A stretch of DNA of 34,395 nt from Deltaproteobacteria bacterium (GTDB lineage Bacteria; Bdellovibrionota; UBA1018; UBA923): contig JACQAW010000170.1 in the NCBI GenBank assembly GCA_016194725.1, positions 1 through 34,395 on the forward strand, given 5' to 3'. The translations under genes were made by a program, and so were the position numbers. The notes beneath the pieces were generated by a model. It was not told where the DNA came from and did no database searches. It saw only the letters and a list, made by a program, of their open reading frames with translations. Positions within the stretch are counted from its first letter, which is position 1; every line of letters starts with the position of its first letter. Positions 16,984-26,132 of this stretch are shown here, one piece after another.

Positions 16984-19059
16984 TTTGCATCCCCTTCGAC
17001 CATGTGCCCGAGGCGTTGAATGTAAGCGATGAGGGCCGTGATTTCCTTTTCTTCCAGCCCCTGATTCGGCGCGTTCGACGTCCTTATCGGAGTAGGGAAC
17101 TCCCAGGGTTCTCATGACAGAAAGCTTTTTGGAGAGAACCGCGAAGTCCGTCTTGTCCTGGAATAACCAGGGGTAGGCTGGCATGATCGACTTTGGCGTG
17201 ACCTCTCTGGGGTCAGCCATGTGGCGGTAATGCCAGAGATCGGGATATTTTCCCCCGATACGAGCGAGGTCGGGCCCAATTCTCTTTGAGCCCCATTGGA
17301 AAGGGTGGTCATACATCGACTCCTCGGGGGTGGAAGGCTTTCCGTAGCGCAGAAGCTCTGAGGTCATCGGACGAATTTGCTGCGAGTGGCACACGTAGCA
17401 GCTCTCCCTGACGTAGATATCCCGACCGGCAAGCTCCAGAGCGGTGTAGGGACGAACCTTGGCGTTCATGGGCACAAAAGTATGAGCCATCAACGTGGGA
17501 ATGATTTCAATGACTGAGCCGACGAGAATCGCAATCAGAGTGAGGACGCTGAATACGGCGGGCAGGCCTTCGAGTATGCGATGCGGGCGCTCGTCAAACA
17601 GCTTGGGAATGTCGGTCACGAGCGCAGGCGCTGTCTGCTTTTCGCTTACGAGCATCTTAGGCGCGAGCTCGATCGTCTTATATACGTTGTAGGCCATCAT
17701 GATGAACCCCACGAGATACAGGGTGCCGCCCACGGCCCTGATCCAATAGAGCGGGACGATTCTGATGACAGTTTCAATGAAGTCGGGATAGACGAGCTTG
17801 CCGCTGGAGTCGACCGCGCGCCACATCAACCCCTGGGTAATGCCCGAAACATCCATGGACACGACGTAGGCGAGGATGCCCAGAAACCCCGTCCAGAAAT
17901 GCGTGTTGGCAAGCTTTTCGCTGTAGAGTTTCGTGTTCCACATTCTCGGGACGAGGTAGTAGAGCATCCCCGCAGTAAGAAAGCCGTTCCAGCCCAGCGT
18001 GCCGCCGTGAACGTGGCCGATGATCCAGTCCGTATAATGACCGATGGCATTCACCGATTTGATCGAGAGAAGAGGGCCCTCGAAGGTTGCCATTCCATAG
18101 AACGTCAAAGCGCCCACGAAAAATTTGAGGATCGGCTCCGTGCGCACGCGATCCCATGCCCCGCGAAGAGTGAGCAAGCCGTTGATCATGCCGCCCCAGC
18201 TCGGCGCCCAGAGCATGATGCTGAACACCACCCCAAGGGTCTGCGCCCATTCCGGCAGCGCCGTATAGAGCAGATGATGCGGGCCGGCCCAGATGTAGAT
18301 GAAGACCAGCGACCAGAAATGGACGATCGAAAGGCGATAGCTGTATACAGGGCGATTGGCCGCCTTGGGAACGTAGTAGTACATCAGCCCCAGAAATGGC
18401 GTGGTGAGAAAGAATGCGACGGCGTTGTGCCCGTACCACCATTGAACCAATGCGTCCTGAACGCCCGCGTATACGGGGTAGCTCTTGAGAAACGTTACGG
18501 GAATATTTATCGAGTTCACGATATGCAGCACGGCGACCGTCACTATCGTGGCGATGTAGAACCAGATCGCGACATAGATGTGCTGCTCCCGGCGGCGCGA
18601 AAGCGTGCCGAAGAAATTTACGGCGAAAGCGACCCAAATCACGGTGATCGCGATTTTGATGGGCCATTCCAGCTCGGCGTATTCCTTGCTCACGGTATAG
18701 CCCAGCGGCAGCGTGATTGCGGCGGCGACGATAATGAGCTGCCAGCCCCAGAAATGGAAGTTACTCAGAAAATCGGAGTAGAGCCTGGTTTTCAGCAGTC
18801 GCTGCGTGGAGTGGTAAATGCCTGCAAATATGGCGTTACCAGCAAATGCGAAGATGGCGGCGTTGGTATGCAGTGGGCGCAACCGGCCGAAGGTAATCCA
18901 CGGCAGTCCCATGTTGAGGCGCCAGCTCGCAAGCTCGAAAGCTATGAAAACGCCGGCGGCCATGGCGATTATTCCCCAAATCAATGTCGCGATTATGAAT
19001 TTTCTTACGACCGCGTCGTCATAGGTGAAGGTATCGAGTTGCTGGGATTGGATGCTCAT
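16980..19059 (-). CDS. ccoN: Fused cbb3 oxidase subunits I/II (CcoN-CcoO), frameshift near 17060
   Basis: GRLRPLHTNA, QWWYGHNAV, WAGPHHL, GHVHGG; CcoO CYVCHSQ and WGSKRIGPDLAR; conserved end EITALIAYIQRLG is in another frame and stops at 16980. Confidence 0.93.
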
Positions 19060-19220
19060 TTGCGGTTCCTTTCCATCCCAATGGAGTCATCGAGAAGCAT
19101 TTTGTGAGCCGGTGTTTCAAGGTCGTCGTACTGCCCGCGCCCGGCGGCCCAGATGAAGGCAACGACGAAGATGAGTGCGAGCAGCAAAGCCAGAGGTAAG
19201 AGCACTACGATAATGTTCAT
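19056..19220 (-). CDS. ccoS: cbb3 oxidase assembly protein CcoS (absent from ORF track)
   Basis: MNIIVVLLPLALLLALIFVVAFIWAAGRGQYDDLETPAHKMLLDD..., 54 aa; ATGA overlaps with ccoI and ccoN. Confidence 0.92.
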   Translation of the reverse strand: MNIIVVLLPLALLLALIFVVAFIWAAGRGQYDDLETPAHKMLLDDSIGMERNRK

Positions 19221-21634
19221 GTTTGACGCCTTCTTGTTCCAATGAGCGACGAGCCGAAAACCGTGAAGGCGCTGAGCGGCATGAGAAGCGCGGCAAACAA
19301 CGGAGTGACATGACCGGTGGCCGCGGCCATTCCGCCTGCGAGGTTATAAAGCAGGGAAAACGCAAAGTTTCGATGAATGGTGTGCATGGTTTCGCGACCG
19401 ATTCGGATGAGCTCCACGACTGGGCGCAAGCCGGGGCGAGTCAGGTAAACATCCGCCGCTCGCAAACTGACTTCCATGCTCCCATGTACGGCCACGCCCA
19501 CGAAGGCGGTTGAAAGAGCCAGCGCGTCATTGGCGCCGTCGCCGACCATGATCGAGCGTTCGTGGGCCTCGATGAAACGCTGTTTTGATTCCGGGTCCGT
19601 GCATGCCATGGTCTGCGAAAGTGGAATTCCGATTTGTGCAGCGGCATTCTCGACCGCACCGTGGTTGTCGCCGGACACGATGTAGGGATTGAGGCCGAAG
19701 CGTTTGAGAGCTTCTATGCATTGTGCGGTGTCCGGCCTGAGTCGATCTCCCAGATGCACCTCGCCAGCCAGGGCTTCATCCCAGTAGATGCCCACCGCGG
19801 TACCCCGAAATTCCCGAAGCGGCTGTAACGTGAGTTTGCGTCCATGAGCTGTGCCTTCAACCCCGGTTCCCAGCAATTCCTTGAAACCGGTGACGGCCGG
19901 CAGCTCGGCCTCGAGCTGTGGTTTCAGGAAGGCTACAATCGCCTTTGCGATGGGATGCTTCGATTTGCTCTCGATGGCGCAGAGGGTTTCCTTGAAATTT
20001 TCAAGCGGTTGCACCTGACTGAAATCGAGAACCTCAAATTGTCCCACGGTGAGCGTTCCAGTTTTATCGAGAACGATATTTTCAGCCTGACTGATTTTTT
20101 CCAGTACATCGGCGCCTTTAATGAGAATTCCAGCTCTGGCGGCGCGGCCCAATGAAGCACTCATGGCTAGCGGTGTCGCGAGTGCCAAGGCGCAGGGACA
20201 GGTGACGATAACCATAGCCAGTGCGCGCGTGAAACCCTCCGAAAGACTCGGAGCCAGAAAGATAACCGCAGCGGCGGCAATAAATACGGCGGCGAGAAAC
20301 CACTTGGTGGTTTTATCGGCCAGCGTGACGATCTGAGCTTTCTTCAGAGAGCCACTTTCGATCTGCAGCAAGATCTGCCCCAGCCTGGTTTGCGCGCCGA
20401 GCGCTGTCACTTTGATATGCAGCGTGCTTGCTTCATTAACGGTTCCCGAGAAGACGGCGTCACCAGCGCCCACGGCATTCGGAACCGACTCACCCGTGAG
20501 CAACGCGCAGTTTATGGCGCTCGAGCCATCTTGGACGATCCCATCGGCGGGCAGCGCTTCAGCAGGCTCTACCGCGATGACGTTTCCGATTTTGAGGGTA
20601 TTGACGGGGACTTCCATGATTTCACCAGAGGAAGCGTCAACCCGTTTGGCGACGGAAGGACTGAGAAATTGAAGAAGATGCGAGGAATGAAATGCATTCT
20701 GCTGAATTCGACGGAGTACGAAGCGGCTCGAGAGTAGAAGAAATACCAGGGCTGCCAGCGAATCAAAATAAACGTGATCTGTACCGGAGAGCAGATGCGC
20801 GATGCTTGCTCCGCTACCCAGGATAATTGCCAGCACGATGGGAAGGTCGATCGACATCGTTTTGGAATGCAAAGAAGCCCACGCGCTTTTGTAGAAAGGA
20901 ACGGCGCTATAGAAGAGCACGGGCAGAAACAGGAAAAGGCTGAGCCAGCGAAAATCGGCTGCAAGCTGGCCATCCAGACCGGAATACAATGGAACGGCCA
21001 GAAGCATGACGTTGCCGGCGCAAGCTCCGGCTACGCCGATTCGAATGAGCCAGCTTCGGTTTTCTTTCTTCTGAAGCAGCTCGGCCTGCTCGTTGTGTTC
21101 AATGGCATGGGGTTTATATCCCAGCCCTTCGAGAGTTCTGGCAACTGGGGCAAACGTGCAATTCGGTTTGATCCTGATTTTCGCGATCGAACGTCCAATG
21201 TCGAGCGTGGCGGCTTCCACCTCGGCCACCAGGGTGGGCAGTTTTTCAACGAGCCAGAGGCAAGCTGCGCAATGTACCCCTTCGAGATAAAAGTCCATGC
21301 TGGTGGCATCTTCTCGGGCATACTTTTTCTTGAACTCCGTGTCATCGAGGTATCTATAGGTTTCCGAAGACACGGTGACCGGCTTGCTGCCCGAGAACGA
21401 ACCGGTTTGGCTCCTGAGGGCGTAATATCTTTCAAGTCCACTGGAGTTCAGCAGACTGTAAACCGTGCGGCAACCCAGGCAGCAAAACGCCGGCTCATCT
21501 GGGGCATGAGAGCTTTTCTCCGTCCCCGCGACCTCTGTCGCGCAGTGGGTGCACAACAGCGGCTGATGCCGCGGGGCTGCGTTCAGCCGGCGTGCTGGAA
21601 ATAAGTTATGGCGAGACAGTGCCTTGGGATTCAT
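19217..21634 (-). CDS. ccoI: Cu-translocating P1B-type ATPase CcoI/FixI
   Basis: CTHC...FCCLGC, GVHCAAC, TGES, CPCAL, DKTGTLT, GDGAND. Confidence 0.93.
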   Translation of the reverse strand: MNPKALSRHNLFPARRLNAAPRHQPLLCTHCATEVAGTEKSSHAPDEPAFCCLGCRTVYSLLNSSGLERYYALRSQTGSFSGSKPVTVSSETYRYLDDTEFKKKYAREDATSMDFYLEGVHCAACLWLVEKLPTLVAEVEAATLDIGRSIAKIRIKPNCTFAPVARTLEGLGYKPHAIEHNEQAELLQKKENRSWLIRIGVAGACAGNVMLLAVPLYSGLDGQLAADFRWLSLFLFLPVLFYSAVPFYKSAWASLHSKTMSIDLPIVLAIILGSGASIAHLLSGTDHVYFDSLAALVFLLLSSRFVLRRIQQNAFHSSHLLQFLSPSVAKRVDASSGEIMEVPVNTLKIGNVIAVEPAEALPADGIVQDGSSAINCALLTGESVPNAVGAGDAVFSGTVNEASTLHIKVTALGAQTRLGQILLQIESGSLKKAQIVTLADKTTKWFLAAVFIAAAAVIFLAPSLSEGFTRALAMVIVTCPCALALATPLAMSASLGRAARAGILIKGADVLEKISQAENIVLDKTGTLTVGQFEVLDFSQVQPLENFKETLCAIESKSKHPIAKAIVAFLKPQLEAELPAVTGFKELLGTGVEGTAHGRKLTLQPLREFRGTAVGIYWDEALAGEVHLGDRLRPDTAQCIEALKRFGLNPYIVSGDNHGAVENAAAQIGIPLSQTMACTDPESKQRFIEAHERSIMVGDGANDALALSTAFVGVAVHGSMEVSLRAADVYLTRPGLRPVVELIRIGRETMHTIHRNFAFSLLYNLAGGMAAATGHVTPLFAALLMPLSAFTVFGSSLIGTRRRQT

Positions 21635-21648
21635 TCCCAGCTAGGAAT

Positions 21649-21665
21649 TGCAGGCTTTGTGCCGG
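21649..21665 (-). promoter_or_regulatory. sigma54 promoter of the cco operon
   Basis: CCGGCAC-AAAGC-CTGCA, 40 nt from box 21706. Confidence 0.7.
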
Positions 21666-21677
21666 GCGGAAATAAAC

Positions 21678-21753
21678 GGGAAAAACCGTCCCAAAACTCC
21701 AAGGCGAGACGTAATGGCTCGAGCCGGTGTCCCACGGTGAGCCAAGTTGTCTC
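21678..21753. promoter_or_regulatory. Cluster of enhancer boxes
   Basis: GAGACG-TAA-TGGCTC 21706-21720 and GAGCCA-AGT-TGTCTC 21739-21753; weaker GGGAAA-AAC-CGTCCC 21678-21692. Confidence 0.75.
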
Positions 21754-21782
21754 AAAAGCGGGCTTAAAGGGCTGGAACCTGC

Positions 21783-21799
21783 TTGGCACGAGAATTTCA
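21783..21799 (+). promoter_or_regulatory. sigma54-like promoter for HK2
   Basis: TTGGCAC-GAGAA-TTTCA (-12 TC variant), 29 nt from box. Confidence 0.55.
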
Positions 21800-21811
21800 T
21801 GGATATAGGAT

Positions 21812-22939
21812 GTGCTTACAATGGAATACATGCTTGCCAACACGGACCCTCAAAACGTCTTTTTTCGGTGCGTGGAGGACTGTAGCGAGGCGATCATGGT
21901 TACGGATACGAAGGGAATTCTTCTCTACGTCAACCCGGCCTGGTGTCAGATTTATGGCTTCACCAAGAAAGAAGCCGTGGGACAGACGCCTAAAATCCTG
22001 CACTCCGGTTATCAGCCTTCCGAATTCTACCGCCAGATGTGGCAAACGATCCTGAATCCAAAACTGGGGAGCTGGAAGGGCGATATCGTCAACAAGTCCA
22101 AGAACGGCGCGCTTACCCCGGTGCTCTTGACTATCACCCCGGTTCGAGATCCCAACGGACAGATTGTCGGGCACATGGGCATTGCCCTGGATATGTCGGC
22201 TCAAAAGCAGCTGGAGTCCAAGGTTCTGCAACAGGACAGGCTTGCTTCGATCGGAGTTTTATCGAGCGGCCTGGCTCATGAAGTCGGAACTCCTCTGGGA
22301 GTCGTGCGTGGACGAGCTGAATTTCTGATGATGCAGCCCGAGGTCGCCAAAAGCCCGGTTTTGGGTATTGGTCTACAGACGATTGTCACGCAAATCGACC
22401 GTATTTCCAGGCTCATCAGCTCGCTGCTGCGATTTAGCCGCGCGACGGATGACGTGCATAACCAGGATATCGAATTTTTGGCTGTCATCGACGAGGTCGA
22501 GAACCTCATTGGGCAGAATCTCAAAGCGAGCTCGATTGAGCTGAAACTTGAAATTCCAAAGGGACTCAAAATTCACGCCGATTTCAACCGCCTGCAACAA
22601 GTCTTTTTGAATCTCATGGTAAACGCGGTTCACGCCATTCAAAAAGCTCAAAAAGACGGGTCAGGGCGTGAGCATGCCATTGTGATTCATGCCGAACGTA
22701 AAGGCGAGGCGTCAGACTCCAGTGTCGTGATTACGGTGAAAGACAGCGGTTGCGGCATTGCGCCAGGCAATCTGCGAAAGATTTTCCAGCCTTTCTTCAC
22801 GACCAAAGACGTGGGCGAGGGCACGGGGCTGGGACTTGCGATCGTTTCAAAGCTCGTGCATGAAATGAGGGGCGAAATCATGGTGGAAAGCGTGCTGGGC
22901 GAGGGCGCGAATTTCACGCTTTTTTTAAGGTCAAGATGA
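21812..22939 (+). CDS. Soluble PAS-domain sensor histidine kinase (HK2)
   Basis: NifL-type PAS (VNPAWCQIYGF...GQTPKILHSG...WKGDIVN), AHEVGTPL, NLMVNAVHA, DSGCGI, GTGLGL; start 21812 or 21821. Confidence 0.92.
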   Translation: MLTMEYMLANTDPQNVFFRCVEDCSEAIMVTDTKGILLYVNPAWCQIYGFTKKEAVGQTPKILHSGYQPSEFYRQMWQTILNPKLGSWKGDIVNKSKNGALTPVLLTITPVRDPNGQIVGHMGIALDMSAQKQLESKVLQQDRLASIGVLSSGLAHEVGTPLGVVRGRAEFLMMQPEVAKSPVLGIGLQTIVTQIDRISRLISSLLRFSRATDDVHNQDIEFLAVIDEVENLIGQNLKASSIELKLEIPKGLKIHADFNRLQQVFLNLMVNAVHAIQKAQKDGSGREHAIVIHAERKGEASDSSVVITVKDSGCGIAPGNLRKIFQPFFTTKDVGEGTGLGLAIVSKLVHEMRGEIMVESVLGEGANFTLFLRSR

Positions 22940-23559
22940 GCATCAAACCCTGTTCACTTATCGTTCTGACTGGCGGGCCCGGCGCGGGAAAAACCGCAAC
23001 CCTCGAAATCGTGCGCAAGAGGTTTCTCGAGCATATCTCGATCGTACCCGAGGCCGCCAGCATTATTTATGGCGGGGGGTTCTGGAGGCGCGACGGCCTG
23101 GCGATGAAAAAGGCCGCGCAAAGGGCCATTTATCACGTTCAGCGGGAGCTGGAGCACGCGATTGTCGAGGACGGGAACACGACGGTTGCTCTGTGTGACC
23201 GCGGCACGCTGGACGGGTTGGCCTATTGGCCAGAGGCGGCCGAGTCATTTTGGCAGGAGCTGGGCATTACGCGCGAAGCCGAGCTGAAGCGTTACGCGGC
23301 GGTCATTCACCTGCGCACTCCGAACGCCGAACACGGTTACAATCATCAGAATCCCATTCGCACCGAGAATGCGCGCGAGGCCTCAGTGATCGATGAGCGC
23401 ATCGTGAAAGCCTGGGAAGGGCACCCCAACCGCATCTTCATCGAGAGCACCGAAAATTTTCTGGAAAAGGTCAGGCTTGCCCTTGAAGTGATCAAGAAAC
23501 AACTCATCGTTATTCAGAATCTTCCGGAAAATGCTCCGGCTCCTGCTCGTCGCCCGTGA
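22936..23559 (+). CDS. AAA_28/NadR-like P-loop kinase/ATPase
   Basis: LTGGPGAGKT, VPEAA, CDRGTLDGLAYW; ATGA-coupled to HK2. Confidence 0.85.
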   Translation: MSIKPCSLIVLTGGPGAGKTATLEIVRKRFLEHISIVPEAASIIYGGGFWRRDGLAMKKAAQRAIYHVQRELEHAIVEDGNTTVALCDRGTLDGLAYWPEAAESFWQELGITREAELKRYAAVIHLRTPNAEHGYNHQNPIRTENAREASVIDERIVKAWEGHPNRIFIESTENFLEKVRLALEVIKKQLIVIQNLPENAPAPARRP

Positions 23560-24834
23560 CGAAGCCGAATTCGCGTTCTTTCCGATAAAGGGTTCGGCGA
23601 TTGATGCCGAGTATCTGAGCGGCCTTGTCCTTTCGACCGCCGGTTTTTTCCAAAACGAGCTGCATATATCTTTTTTCCAGCGATTCGATCGTGGGAAAAT
23701 CGGAAACCGCGGTTCCAAAGAATTGATCTGCGGTAGCCACCTCGGTTGAAGGAATATTTTCCTCGTCGATCTGCGTTCCCGAGCAGAGAACGACGGCGCG
23801 CTCGATGACGTTCTCGAGCTCTCGCACGTTACCTTCCCACTTCGCGCTCACGAGCTTCGTGGTCGCGGCTTTCGTGAAGCTGGTGACTTTGGAGTTATTC
23901 GCGGCCGAATATTTGCGCAAAAAGTGCTCGGCCAGGATCGGGATATCCTCTTTGCGATGCCGAAGGGGCGGAATCACGATGGGAATGACGCTCAGGCGAT
24001 AGTAGAGGTCTTCGCGAAAGATACCTTGTTTGATCGCAGCTTTGAGATCTTTGTGCGTCGCTGCAACGATTCGAACGTCGATATCTTTGGTGATGTTTTC
24101 GCCTACGGGACGAATCTTGCGTTCCTGGATCACGCGCAAGAGCTTCGACTGCAGCGATGGTTGCATATCGCCGATTTCATCGAGAAACAATGTGCCGCCC
24201 TCGGCTTCCTCGAAGAGTCCTTTCTTTCGTTGGACAGCGCCCGTAAATGAGCCTTTAGCGTGGCCGAAGAGCTCGGACTCCAGAAGATTCTCCGGAATGG
24301 CCGTGCAGTTGATCGCGACAAACGGCTTTTCGCGGCGGGGGCCGCTGTTGTGGATGGCACGGGCCACCATTTCTTTTCCTGTTCCGCTTTCACCGGTAAT
24401 GAGGACATTCGCATTGGCTTGCGAAACCCGGCCTACGAGATCAAAAACTTCTTCGTGACGCTCATTTCAGCAAGCTTGAAGGGTTTGACGATATAGTCGT
24501 AGGTGCCGCGGCGCATGGCCTCAATCGCGGTTTCAATACTTCCGAATGCCGTGATGAGAATGACTGGAATTTTAGGATACTGCTGCTTTAACTTTGCCGC
24601 GAAATCCATGCCGTCAAGTTGTGGCATCCTGATATCCGAGATGATGAGATCAACCGCTTCATGTGGAATCTCGGCTTTGCCGCCTTCAACTTCGGAGCCC
24701 AGAGCGCGAAGCGCATCGGTGGCCAGCGAAAAGGTCGTGGTTCTATAGCCTTCTGCCGTGAAAAAATCGTTGAGCAGGGATCTCATCTCCCAGTCATCGT
24801 CCACAATTACGATATGGCCTTTTTGTTCCTTCAC
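23510..24834 (-). pseudogene. NtrC-family sigma54-dependent response regulator (REC-AAA+-Fis HTH), broken by a deletion/frameshift near 24455
   Basis: REC from GTG 24834 (SD AAGGAG) stops at 24433; EEVFDLV...GESGTGKE, GSFTGA, FLDEIG, GNVREL and the HTH are in another frame; the REC-AAA linker is missing. Confidence 0.88.
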
Positions 24835-24846
24835 GAGTGCTCCTTT

Positions 24847-24881
24847 GGGACAATATGTCTCGCAGCGGGACATTTTTACCA
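24847..24881. promoter_or_regulatory. Tandem boxes in the leader of the response regulator gene
   Basis: GGGACA-ATA-TGTCTC 24847-24861 and GGGACA-TTT-TTACCA 24867-24881, between promoter and SD. Confidence 0.7.
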
Positions 24882-24929
24882 CATTTGACCCCCTGACTGT
24901 AGGAATTCTTGGTGGTTTCTCCTCTATAC

Positions 24930-24946
24930 AGCAGGGAACGTGCCAA
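24930..24946 (-). promoter_or_regulatory. sigma54 promoter upstream of the response regulator
   Basis: TTGGCAC-GTTCC-CTGCT. Confidence 0.7.
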
Positions 24947-24960
24947 CGCCCTTCCAGGTT

Positions 24961-25965
24961 TCACGAAATTGGATTTCCCACCTGGTTTTGCAAAGGCAAA
25001 CCGAGCTCGAAATCCGAGATATTTTTTAGGGTCGTATGGGCGATGTTCGCAAGGGCTTCCACCGTTAGAAACGCCTGGTGCGACGTCACGAGTACATTGG
25101 GAAACGTCAGCAGCCTCGCCAGGGTATCGTCTTGCATCACCTGGTCGGAAAGGTTTTCGAAGAAAATGCCCTCTTCTTCCTCGTAGACATCGAGGCCGGC
25201 GCTGCCCAGGGATCCGTTCTTGAGCGCCGAGATCAATGCGTTGGCGTCAATCAAGGCTCCCCGGCTTGTGTTGATCAGCATTGAGCCACGTTTGAGCCTA
25301 CTCAGGGCGGAGTCGTTGATGAGATGGTGGGTTGCCGGAGAAAGTGGGGCATGCAGTGAGATGACATCCGATTGCCGGTAGAGGGTGTCGAGGTCGACAT
25401 ATTCAATGCCATAGGTCCTTTGGAGAACGGTATTCTGCTTGGGGTCATAAGCAAGGACTCTGCAGCCAAAACCCCTCATGATTCGCGCGAAAACAGCGCC
25501 AATTTTTCCGGTGCCGATCACGCCAACCGTTTTTCCATGAAGATCAAAGCCGACCAGCCCATCAAGGCTGAAGTTGAATTCTCGGACTCGGTTGAAGGCA
25601 CGATGAATTTTCCGGTTCAGCCCGAGGATGAGGCAAACGGCGTGCTCTGCGACGGCATATGGCGAATATTCGGGAACGCGCACCACAGGCAAATTGAAAC
25701 GGGCGCAGGCTTCCAGGTCAACGTGGTTGTAACCCGCCGACCTCAGTGCGATAAGCTTTGTTCCCTGAGCCTTCAATACAGCCAGTGTTTTTTCGTCCAA
25801 TCGGTCGCTCACGAACGCGCAAATTGCGTCGTATCCCTTGGCAAGCGGCGCGGTTTGTCCGGTAAGGCGTGGTTCGAAAAAGGTCAAGGCGTGCTGAAAT
25901 TCCATGTTTGCCTGCTCGAAAAAATCAGTTTCGAATTTATGGGTGCTGAATATCGCCGTCTTCAT
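24961..25965 (-). CDS. ldhA: D-lactate dehydrogenase (D-2-hydroxyacid dehydrogenase)
   Basis: LRSAGYNHVD, VPEYSPYAVAEH, GTGKIG, INTSRG, DVYEEE, LTFPNVLVTSHQAFLT; ATG 25965. Confidence 0.92.
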   Translation of the reverse strand: MKTAIFSTHKFETDFFEQANMEFQHALTFFEPRLTGQTAPLAKGYDAICAFVSDRLDEKTLAVLKAQGTKLIALRSAGYNHVDLEACARFNLPVVRVPEYSPYAVAEHAVCLILGLNRKIHRAFNRVREFNFSLDGLVGFDLHGKTVGVIGTGKIGAVFARIMRGFGCRVLAYDPKQNTVLQRTYGIEYVDLDTLYRQSDVISLHAPLSPATHHLINDSALSRLKRGSMLINTSRGALIDANALISALKNGSLGSAGLDVYEEEEGIFFENLSDQVMQDDTLARLLTFPNVLVTSHQAFLTVEALANIAHTTLKNISDFELGLPLQNQVGNPIS

Positions 25966-25978
25966 TAACAAATTGCAT

Positions 25979-25995
25979 TACAAGTTGCGTGCCGA
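25979..25995 (-). promoter_or_regulatory. sigma54-like promoter for ldhA
   Basis: TCGGCAC-GCAAC-TTGTA (-12 GT variant), 31 nt from box 26027. Confidence 0.55.
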
Positions 25996-26026
25996 GGCGA
26001 TTTAAGCGAGGGGCGAAAACCGTTTC

Positions 26027-26062
26027 GAGACAATTTGAGTGCCGGGCGGGCTTTTTTGTCTC
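26027..26062. promoter_or_regulatory. Tandem enhancer boxes
   Basis: GAGACA-ATT-TGAGTG 26027-26041 and GGGCTT-TTT-TGTCTC 26048-26062. Confidence 0.68.
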
Positions 26063-26103
26063 GTCTGGCGGCGGGCACAAACAGGTCTGATGCCCGCAAA
26101 TGG

Positions 26104-26120
26104 CTGGCCCGCTGGTTGCA
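26104..26120 (+). promoter_or_regulatory. sigma54 promoter
   Basis: CTGGCCC-GCTGG-TTGCA, 41 nt from box. Confidence 0.72.
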
Positions 26121-26132
26121 CTATCAGCGATT

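Noticed and set aside
16804-19059. Genuine 751-aa CcoNOQ fusion
   Set aside because: The conserved CcoO C-terminus is present in another frame, and ccoQ has its own overlapping ATG.
17581-19107. 508-aa plus-strand ORF (also 20774-21604)
   Set aside because: Antisense to ccoN and ccoI, whose motifs are unambiguous.
23510-24370. Naturally receiver-less constitutive bEBP
   Set aside because: The first Met lies after Walker A (GESGTGKE), so this ORF alone could not be an active ATPase.
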